From Macrostomum lignano (taxonomy: Eukaryota), in the NCBI GenBank assembly GCA_002269645.1, contig NIVC01001698.1:62001-126000 (forward strand): DNA of 64,000 bases, written 5' to 3'. Within the stretch, counting starts at the first letter, position 1. Every line of letters begins with the position of its first letter. The translations under genes and the position numbers were made by a program. The notes beneath the pieces are model-generated. The model made no database searches. It saw only the letters and a list, made by a program, of their open reading frames with translations, and was not told the DNA's origin. Shown one piece after another: positions 1 through 15,400 of the stretch.

Positions 1-228
1 CCGAGTATTATAGTGTCCGAGTATTATAGTGTCCGAGTAATATTAAGTCCAATTAATATAGTGTCCGAGTAATATAGTGTCCGAGTATTATAGTGTCCGA
101 GTATTATAGTGTCCGAGTAATATTAAGTCCAAGTAAGATTGTGTCCAAGTAATATTGTGTCCAAGTAATACAGTGTCCGTGTAGTATAGTGTCCAAGTAA
201 TATAGTGTCCGAGAAATATAGTGTCCGA
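1..228. repeat. Minisatellite, ~16-bp unit CCGAGTATTATAGTGT
   Basis: Direct tandem copies in a GPCR intron. Confidence 0.85.
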
Positions 229-647
229 GGGTCGAGCTTGCAAACTCTGCAAGAGAAATATCCGACGAGAAGTGAATTTTTCCTAGTAAATTGTCTGAAA
301 ATGTTGTCCCAAAGAACAAAAATGTTTTCTGGATAAAAGCCTCTGCAGGCCTGGCTGGTCATCAGACAACTGACAAAATCCATTCCATGCCTTCAATTAA
401 TTCGCCTTCTTGGAAAGTTACAAAGCAAAATCGCATTAGCGCTCGGCATCAAAGAGCTGTTAGAAGAATAGCTGGCGAGTCAACCGAGCGGAAAATTGAG
501 CTCAAAAGCCTGACGGATTTCTGGCAAGCAGCTTATAATCTAATAGACTCTGCTCGACAGCTGCAACTGCTGAGCTGCAAAGTCTTTGAACTTCACGAAT
601 TACCTTGCTCCCTTCTCTGCTATTCCCCCCCCCCTGTTTCATTTTTG

Positions 648-860
648 TCCCCCTCTTCCGTTTCTTCCCCTCCTCTTCCGTTTCTTCCCCTCCTCTTCCG
701 TTTCTTCCCCTCCTCTTCCGTTTCTTCCCCTCCTCTTCCGTTTCTTCCCCTCTTCCGTTTCTTCCCCTCCTCTTCCGTTTCTTCCCCTCCTCTTCCGTTT
801 CTTCCCCTCCTCTCCCGTTTCTTCCCCTCCTCTCCTGTTTCTTACCCTCTTCTTCCGTTT
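648..860. repeat. Minisatellite, 20-bp unit TCCTCTTCCGTTTCTTCCCC
   Basis: About 10 pyrimidine-only tandem copies. Confidence 0.9.
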
Positions 861-1009
861 CTTCCCTCTTCTTTCATCGCTTCTCCTTTTTGCTCCCCTC
901 TTTTCCACATTTTCGTATCAATTTTTCATTTACTTACTCTGCCACCTGTGATGCCGTCCATAGCAGCTGCTGAACACGACTTGGCTCTTTTCTCCCGTTT
1001 CCTCCGCAG

Positions 1010-5888
<4,879 letters not shown>

Positions 5889-6116
5889 GGCGGGCCGGCA
5901 GTCCGCCAGGATGAGTGACAGCCGCTTGAGCACGCTAATTCTTTATTGTCGTCGCCTTTGTTGTAAAAAAGTAATATTTAACCATGACCTGATGTTTCCG
6001 AACGAAGCGCAGCTGGTGAGGGCCTGCGCGCAGCACGTAGCATGTCTGCGTGCTTGCGTCGCTTTCCAGGGCAGCCACCGTGAGCGAGTGGGAAATCAAG
6101 GTGAGCTGCAGTTCAC

Positions 6117-6685
6117 CTGCTGTGATTGGGTGGCAGCTCTAAGCTCCAACTCAACCCTGCTGTGATTGGGTGACAGCTCTAAGCTCCAACTCAACCCTGC
6201 TGTGATTGGGTGACAGCTCTAAGCTCCAACTCAACCCTGATGTGATTGGGTGACAGCTCTGAGCTCCAACTCAACCCTGCTGTGATTGTAATGGCCATAC
6301 AGTGACAGCTCTGAGCTCCAACTCAACCCTGCTGTGATTGGGTGGCAGCTCTAAGCTCCAACTCAACCCTGCTGTGATTGGGTGGCAGCTCTGAGCTCCA
6401 ACTCAACCCAGCTGTGATTGGGTGACAGCTCTGAGCTCCAACTCAACCCTGCTGTGATTGGGTGACAGCTCTGAGCTCCAACTCAACCCTGCTGTGATTG
6501 GGTGACAGCTCTGAGCTCCAACTCAACCCTGCTGTGATTGGGTGACAGCTCTGAGCTCCAACTCAACCCTGCTGTGATTGGGTGGCAGCTCTGAGCTCCA
6601 ACTCAACCCTGCTGTGATTGGGTGACAGCTCTAAGCTCCAACTCAACCCTGCTGTGATTGGGTGGCAGCTCTGAGCTCCAACTCA
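6117..6685. repeat. Minisatellite, 40-bp unit
   Basis: TGTGATTGGGTGACAGCTCTGAGCTCCAACTCAACCCTGC, about 14 copies downstream of the GPCR stop. Confidence 0.95.
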
Positions 6686-7597
6686 AGATTCCCGCTTGAC
6701 TTCACTTTATTAGTGTTCGCGTCCCCACATTGCCTCTGATCCGTCCAGTGCGCTGTCCCCGGATCAGCCATCCCACTTGTTGTTAAACTCTCGGTCCCCA
6801 AGTACACTCCAGTTCCTTGCTCTCTCTCTCTCTCTCTCTCTTTTTAGTCCATGCTGTGACATTGTTGTCTGGCAAACCTTTCCCTGAACAGTTTGTCCGT
6901 AAAAATTCAGCGTTGTCCCGTTGCTTTCTTGTCCGTGGTATATACTTACTCTACTCATACAAGTAGGGAGTGTAGGGCATGCTGGGCATCGAGGCGGCTC
7001 GCACTCACTGGAGGATGTAAAATTTATTTACAAAGAATTTTTTAATGTTCTGTTTACAGTAAGCAGTATCAGTATAAAAAAACTGTTTCAGTAAACAAAT
7101 TCATAAATGCACATCAAGATGTGACTGTCAGACTTCTGTGGTTATCATATGTAAATCAGCTATCAATAAATCATTTATTATTTTAATTTTAGATGTGAAT
7201 ATTTTTCCTGTTTCCATCAGGAAAATGGCGTCGCTATTTTCGTGTCGTATTTTTGTTTCTCTGCGCACAGCAAATTGCAGCTGTTCTAATCTCGTGTTTT
7301 TTTCTCGTGCAGTCTTGAATAAACAAAGCGAATGCCCTGCAATCAGCCGGGAACTTTGCGGTTTAAATTAAACTGTTGTTCCAATTGTTGCATCTAGGAA
7401 ACGCACTGGCAGAGTGGAAGAGAGTGAATGAGAATAGGGGTGAACTGTCTATTGGTAACCTCAATTATTTATTTTCTTAGAAACCGCAAGCTGCGTGATT
7501 GGCACAGTCTGGAGCCCATTAGCTTTTGCATGTCCGGAAGGTTCCATAAGGCCAGCAGCAGTTTTGAGCCTCATCTCTGTGGACACACAGAAGTCCA

Positions 7598-8533
7598 TGG
7601 CACACGAAATTCAACAACACGAGCAAACTTTTTGTTGCGTACCTTCTCAATTAAAAATCAAGTCCCAAACCCTCCAAAAACGTCGATATATTCAACGATT
7701 CTGCCAGGTCGGATTTTTCCCACAAGCGCTATTGTTTTCAGTACACCCCTGGGCGCCAATCGAGCACTGCGCCTCAATGCGGCCTTTTCATCAAATTTAA
7801 TCAACATGGTGACACCTGTTGAAACCGACCAATTTAGGGTAGCTTGAGGTATGCTTGAGAGACTAGCTTAGGATGTCCAGCAGGTGAGGTTTGCCCACTG
7901 TCGAGGCCTAATTTTTTTATTAGAGGCAGGGTGGTTGTGTGCACCCTGGCGCACTTTAAGCGACATAGGCACACAACCGGCGAGAGGTATTGCTGCCCAT
8001 TCCGCCGACTCCCCTGAGCAGGCATACAAGCTCGCGGATACGTACGCAGGCACACACTCACACAGGAGTGTACAGCGGCCCTAACTTTATTTTATCGTTA
8101 GGCATGTACACTTCACTGCGCCTTGGGGGATTGGCTCTCAAGGCCGATAATTGCACGAGCAGAGCCAAGCCGAGATTCCAACTCAGCCCCAAATTAATGT
8201 GACTGCACTTGGAATCGAGCCTGGGTCGCTGGCACACCAGAGCCTGCGCTAGACCGCTAGGCGAGGCCTAATAGGCGAAACCAGAGAAATTCGCAACAGG
8301 GTGTCCATGGTCACCTGGTGCCACCTGTTGAAGGTCTAGAAGCTCCGTCTCGGTGAAGGCTAGTGACCACCGAAGTCAGAGCTGATGCAGACACACGTGG
8401 TCGACGTGCTGATGAAACTTGGAGGCTTGGCAAGGCTGCACTGAGGCGCAGTGCTGATTGGCGCACAGGGGTGTACTGAATACACTGGCGCTTATGGGAA
8501 AAATCCGACCTTCTGACAGAGTCGTTGAATATC
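7598..8533. mobile_element. Second, more diverged and truncated copy of the foldback element, interrupted by the SINE
   Basis: 7598-7810 matches the left arm, 7850-7905 the spacer and 8273-8533 the right arm of 16211-17163. Confidence 0.8.
7913..8261 (-). mobile_element. tRNA-derived SINE, copy 1 (slightly 5'-truncated)
   Basis: Near-identical to 18052-18412. It has the B-box GGCTCGATTCC, an A-rich tail and an 11-bp TSD CGAGGCCTAAT (7902-7912 / 8262-8272). Confidence 0.85.
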
Positions 8534-9400
8534 TATTCATATCTGCTACTGTTGACAAACGCTTAAAGTACATCTAGAGCACTCTGCACTCGCTGTAAGA
8601 TATTCGCTTAAAAGAATTTTCGTGAACAATTGGGCATCGATTTTAAGTCAAATAAACAAAATTTGAGGATTAAAAATGGGAAAGCAATCTAATGAAGACA
8701 CTAACTGGTTGTATATTTTTAAGGCAATAAGTCAACACCTTATGCAGAACAGCATTGCAAAAAATGATTGACAAAAATATCCAAGTTTCCGGCTGATTGC
8801 AGTACGTGTAGAGGACATGAGCAAACAATGCTGTGTGCAGATAGTTTTTGGGCACGGCAAAAGATAAAAGTATTGATAATTGAACTTTAAAGTCTCTTCA
8901 ATAATATGCGATTAAGCTGCTCAATTGTGCGAAACACAGCAGAACTGCAGAGATTTTGTTAGCCACTCATTTCTTTCATGGGGTTGGTTAGTCATGGTCT
9001 TCTTGCAAGTCTAGCAGGACAGCCGCATCCCGAATTCACTGTGTGGGACTGCAAACTGACTACTGGCGATTAACGGGAGTAGATAGTATATATAGAATAG
9101 TACATTTAACATTTAAAAAAAATCAAATTAAAAAATTCACGGTTATCATGGATAAACAGTGATTAAAAGAGAGGTTCTGAGATTCTGACGACTGTTTTGG
9201 TGGCCGCGGAGCCCACGGAGGCACAGAGAAGCAAAGTACAAAAATGTAAATATTCAAGGTAGTGAGTGCGGAGAGTCAATAATTTAAACAAATATTATTG
9301 AAACAATTGTGTGAAAAAATTTATCGTCGATCATAAGATAGATAGATTAAAATAAAGAGTAAAATTGTTCCAACAAATCCGATTTCGCGAGCCTGTGTGC

Positions 9401-12400
9401 TCACTTGTCTCCAAGGTGTTGCAGAATTTGCAGCATTTTGCCATTGCTTTCGGTAACCTCCCGCATTTGCTCCTGAAGCTTGGTGAACTTCTCCCTGAAA
9501 TCAGTCAAGGACGGCTGCTGCTGACTCTGACTGGCTAATGGGGCTGCTGCTGCTGACTCTGACTGGCTAATGGAGCTGCTGCTGACTCTGACTGGCTAAT
9601 GGGGCTGCTGCTGACTCTGACTGGCTAAAGGGGCTGCTGCTGACTCTGACTGGCTAATGGGGCTGCTGCTGCTGACTCTGACTGGCTAATGGGGCTGCTG
9701 CTGACTCTGACTGGCTAATGGGGCTGCTGCTGACTCTGACTGGCTAATGGGGCTGCTGCTGCTGACTCTGACTGGCTAATGGGGCTGCTGCTGCTGACTC
9801 TGACTGGCTAATGGAGCTGCTGCTGACTCTGACTGGCTAATGGGGCTGCTGCTGACTCTGACTGGCTAATGGGGCTGCTGCTGACTCTGACTGGCTAATG
9901 GGGCTGCTGCTGCTGACTCTGACTGGCTAATGGGGCTGCTGCTGCTGACTCTGACTGGCTAATGGGGCTGCTGCTGACTCTGACTGGCTAATGGGGCTGC
10001 TGCTGACTCTGACTGGCTAATGGAGCTGCTGCTGACTCTGACTGGCTAATAGGGCGGCTGCTGACTCTGACTGGATAATGGGGCTGCTGCTGACTCTGAC
10101 TGGCTAATGGGGCGGCTGCTGACTCTGACTGGCTAATGGGGCGGCTGCTGACTCTGACTGGATAATGGGGCGGCTGCTGACTCTGACTGGATAATGGGGC
10201 TGCTGCTGCTGACTCTGACTGGATAATGGGGCTGCTGCTGCTGACTCTGACTGGCTAATGGGGCGGCTGCTGACTCTGACTGATAATGGGGCTGCTGCTG
10301 CTGACTCTGCTGATGAGGATGAGAAATGATGAGGATTGCAAGTATCAAAAAACGGGAGACCCCAGGACGAAAGACTCACTCCAGCTCTTGCAGCTTCTCG
10401 CTCACTGCGGCGCCGTCCTGCTCCTTGTCTCCATTGTCCCGGATGCCAGCCGAGTCGGTGGCCAAAGCGGACACCGGCTTGGAGTGTTCGTCGCTCTCCG
10501 GATAGCGGCGCAGGTAGCGGTCAGTGGCGCGCTGCTCGATGGCTGAGAGTCGCTGATGCTGATTCTGGTCCAGCTCCATGGCTGCAGGGAGAAGCGGGCG
10601 GATTGAGTGAGAAGAGGAAGGCTTGCCCCCACTTGGGTAACCGTATCAACTTTCACGAATTCGACACGAGCTCGGGTGGATCCCCATTAGTTCAAAGTAC
10701 GATGGATTCTGTATCTGGGGTCCGTATCTAGGGTCTTTATCCAGTGTCTCTATCCAGTAGTGTCTCTATCCAGTAGTGTCTCTATCCAGTAGTGTCTCTA
10801 TCCAGTAGTGTCTCTATCCAGTAGTGTCTCTATCCAGTAGTGTCTTTATCCAGTAGTGTCTCTATCCAGTAGTGTCCCTATCCAGTAGTGTCTCTATCCA
10901 GTAGTGTCTCTATCCAGTAGTGTCTCTATCCAGTAGTGTCTCTATCCAGTAGTGTCTCTATCCAGTAGTGTCTCTATCCAGTAGTGTCTCTATCCAGTAG
11001 TGTCTCTATCCAGTAGTGTCTCTTTCCAGTGGTGTCTCTATCCAGTGTCTCTATTCAGTATTGTCTCTATCCAGTAGTGTCTCTATCCAGTGTCTCTATC
11101 CAGTAGTGTCTCTATCCAGTAGTGTCTCTATCCAGTAGTGTCTCTATCCAGTAGTGTCTCTATCCAGTAGTGTCTCTATCCAGTGTCTCTATCCAGTAGT
11201 GTCTCTATCCAGTAGTGTCTCTATCCAGTAGTGTCTCTATCCAGTAGTGTCTCTATCCAGTAGTGTCTCTATCCAGTAGTGTCTCTATCCAGTAGTGTCT
11301 CTATCCAGTAGTGTCTCTATCCAGTAGTGTCTCTATCCAGTAGTGTCTCTATCCAGTAGTGTCTCTATCCAGTAGTGTCTCTATCCAGTAGTGTCTCTAT
11401 CCAGTAGTGTCTCTATCCAGTAGTGTCTCTATCCAGTAGTGTCTCTATCCAGTAGTGTCTCTATCCAGTAGTGTCTCTATCCAGTAGTGTCTCTATCCAG
11501 TAGTGTCTCTATCCAGTAGTGTCTCTATCCAGTAGTGTCTCTATCCAGTAGTGTCTCTATCCAGTAGTGTCTCTATCCAGTAGTGTCTCTATCCAGTAGT
11601 GTCTCTATCCAGTAGTGTCTCTATCCAGTAGTGTCTCTATCCAGTGTCTCTATTCAGTAGTGTCCTTATCCAGTGGTGTCTCTATTCAGTAGTGTCTCTA
11701 TCCAGTGTCTATCCAGTGGTGTCACTATCCAGTGTCACTATCCAGTGTTACTATCCAGTGTCACTATCCAGTGTCACTATCCAGTGTCACTATCCATAGT
11801 TACTATCCAGTGTCACTATCCAGTGTCACTATCCAGTGTCACTATCCAGTGTCACTATCCAGTGTCACTATCCAGTGTCACTATCCAGTGTTACTATCCA
11901 GTGTCACTATCCATAGTTACTATCCAGCACTATCCAGTGTCACTATCCAGTGTCACTATCCAGTGTCACTATCCAGTGTCACTATCCAGTGTCACTATCC
12001 AGTGTCACTATCCAGTGTCACTATCCAGTGTTACTATCCAGTGTCACTATCCATAGTTACTATCCAGTGTCACTATCCATAGTTACTATCCAGTGTCACT
12101 ATCCAGTGTCACTATCCAGTGTCACTATCCAGTGTCACTATCCAGTGTCACTATCCAGTGTCACTATCCAGTGTCACTATCCAGTGTCACTATCCAGTGT
12201 CACTATCCAGTGTCTATATCCATAGTTACTATCCAGTGTCACTATCCTTAGTTACTATCCAGTGTCACTATCCAGTGTCTATATCCATAGTTACTATCCA
12301 GTGTCACTATCCAGTGTCACTATCCATAGTTACTATCCAGTGTCACTATCCATAGTTACTATCCAGTGTCACTATCCATAGTTACTATCCATAGTTACTA

Positions 12401-15400
12401 TCCAGTGTCACTATCCAGTGTCTATATCCATAGTTACTATCCAGTGTCACTATCCAGTGTCACTATCCATAGTTACTATCCAGTGTCACTATCCATAGTT
12501 ACTATCCAGTGTCACTATCCATAGTTACTATCCAGTGTCACTATCCATAGTTACTATCCAGTGTCTCTATCCAGCATCTCTATCCAGTGTCACTATCCAT
12601 AGTTACTATCCAGTGTCACTATCCATAGTTACTATCCAGTGTCTCTATCCAGCATCTCTATCCAGTGTCACTATCCAGTGTCTATATCCATAGTTACTAT
12701 CCAGTGTCACTATCCTTAGTTACTATCCAGTGTCACTATCCAGTGTCTATATCCATAGTTACTATCCAGTGTCACTATCCAGTGTCACTATCCATAGTTA
12801 CTATCCAGTGTCACTATCCAGTGTCACTATCCAGTGTCACTATCCAGTGTCACTATCCAGTGTTACTATCCAGTGTCACTATCCATAGTTACTATCCAGC
12901 ACTATCCAGTGTCACTATCCAGTGTCACTATCCAGTGTCACTATCCAGTGTCACTATCCAGTGTCACTATCCAGTGTCACTATCCAGTGTCACTATCCAG
13001 TGTCACTATCCAGTGTCACTATCCAGTGTCACTATCCAGTGTTACTATCCAGTGTCACTATCCATAGTTACTATCCAGTGTCACTATCCATAGTTACTAT
13101 CCAGTGTCACTATCCAGTGTCACTATCCAGTGTCACTATCCAGTGTCACTATCCAGTGTCACTATCCAGTGTCTATATCCATAGTTACTATCCAGTGTCA
13201 CTATCCTTAGTTACTATCCAGTGTCACTATCCAGTGTCTATATCCATAGTTACTATCCAGTGTCACTATCCAGTGTCACTATCCATAGTTACTATCCAGT
13301 GTCACTATCCATAGTTACTATCCATAGTTACTATCCAGTGTCACTATCCATAGTTACTATCCAGTGTCACTATCCAGTGTCTATATCCATAGTTACTATC
13401 CAGTGTCACTATCCAGTGTCACTATCCATAGTTACTATCCAGTGTCACTATCCATAGTTACTATCCAGTGTCACTATCCATAGTTACTATCCAGTGTCAC
13501 TATCCATAGTTACTATCCAGTGTCTCTATCCAGCATCTCTATCCAGTGTCACTATCCATAGTTACTATCCAGTGTCACTATCCATAGTTACTATCCAGTG
13601 TCTCTATCCAGCATCTCTATCCAGCATCTCTATCCAGCATCTCTATCCAGTGTCACTATCCAGTGTCTCTATCCAGTGTCACTATCCAGTGGTTCTATGC
13701 AGACTCATCCAGAGTCTCCCTGAAGAGTCCAGCACTCACTGAAGTCATCGTATTTCGGCTTATTTTGATTGCTCCTGCAGCCTCTGGCGCAGCAGCGGCG
13801 CCGCAGGAAGCCGACCAGGCGAATTATGTGCGAAATGAAGACAAAAGGAGGCGGCAGCACCGGCCGGGTGTAGTACTCGTAGATCAGCTCGTGCCGGATG
13901 TACGCGTAGTACTTGTTGGACTCGGACTGCACCTTCTCAAAGGTATGGCTGGAGGCGGGATATGCTGATTGTTTAGCTGAATTCGGTTAAACAAATTGAC
14001 AGAATTCCGAATTCTGAAGGTCTGAGGGTCCATGCTGAACTTCCCAATTGATAGATTCAGGGGGTTTCAAATAATTTGTGAATGGGGTTTAAGGAAAGAG
14101 TTGGTGAATGAAGAAAAGAGTTGGTGAATGAAGAAAAGAGTTGGTGAATGGGGGTTAGGGAAAGAGTTGGTGAATGGGGATAGGGGAAGAGTTGGTGAAT
14201 GGGGATAGGGAAAGAGTTGGTGAATGGGGAGGGGAAGAGTTGGTGAATGGGGAGGGAAAGAGTTGGTGAATGGGGAGGGGAAGAGTTGGTGAATGGGGAT
14301 AGGGAAAGAGTTGGTGAAGATGGAGGGGAAGAGTTGGTGAATGGGGATAGGGGAAGAGTTGGTGAATGGGGATAGGGGAAGAGTTGGTGAATGGGGATAG
14401 GGGAAAAGTTGGTGAATGGGGATAGGGTTAGAGTTGGTGAATGGGGGATAGGGAAAGAGTTGGTGAATGGGGATAGGGAAAGAGTTGGTGAATGGGGATA
14501 GGGGAAGAGTTGGTGAATGGGGATAGGGGAAAAGTTGGTGAATGGGGATAGGGAAAGAGTTGGTGAATGGGGATAGGGAAAGAGTTGGTGAATGGGGATA
14601 GGGAAAGAGTTGGTGAATGGGGATAGGGAAAAAGATTGTGAATGAGGGGAAGAGTTGGTGAATGGGGGATGAGGTTTGAGTGTTGAATAAATTGGCAATA
14701 AAATCGAGTTCGCAGCATCAACGCAGCGCCACAGGCCGTTGCTCACCCGAACATGGCGATGAGCAGGTTGAGGAGAAGCACGTTGGTGCCCAGCATGTAG
14801 AAGGCCATGAGCACAATGACCAGCCAGTTGCGGGAGCCGCCCACAGCCATGCCTGCAGCGGAGTCAGATAAATCGGTGATAATTTCCAAATGACCTGAGA
14901 TGTAAAGCCTTGGTCTGCAGCTTGCCCTAGTAAGTCAGTATTATAAACGAAAAAGCAAAGTTTCATCATTAATTTTACACTCAATGCTCAGCCTGTCTAA
15001 ATTTCATAATCTATATTTGGGAAATTTCTTGGGCTGAGTCTGTCTCTAATGCCGAAGTCGCGAGTTCGAGTTCCACAAATCAGTGTGAATCAGACTGTGT
15101 GCAGTGTGAGGCTGAGCGCATGTACACCCTGTATGAGCCTCAATAAGAGACACTTCAAGACAGCGGCCCGCAACTCACCCTGGTCAACGCTCTCCAGTTC
15201 GAGCTCGCCGTACATCTGCCAGTAAGGTATGTACAGCACGCCGCGCATGATGTCGTGAAAGTCGAATTTCTTGTTCACATAGTTGTAGTTGTTGTCCGTC
15301 ATCAGCGAGAAGTAGGCGACTCCGTAGGCCAGCATGAAGACGAGCAAAATGAGCACGAAGAAGATCACGTCGTTCAACTGAAGATTTGATGCATTGCCAT

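Noticed and set aside
6117-6685. Regular 40-bp array resembling CRISPR (likewise 20757-21310, 28247-28612, 59403-60188)
   Set aside because: The units are contiguous with no unique spacers, the context is eukaryotic and no cas genes are present.
6700-9400. Possible further TRPM exons (NUDT9-H or alpha-kinase)
   Set aside because: No Nudix or kinase-like coding sequence was seen; the region is AT-rich DNA plus foldback and SINE.
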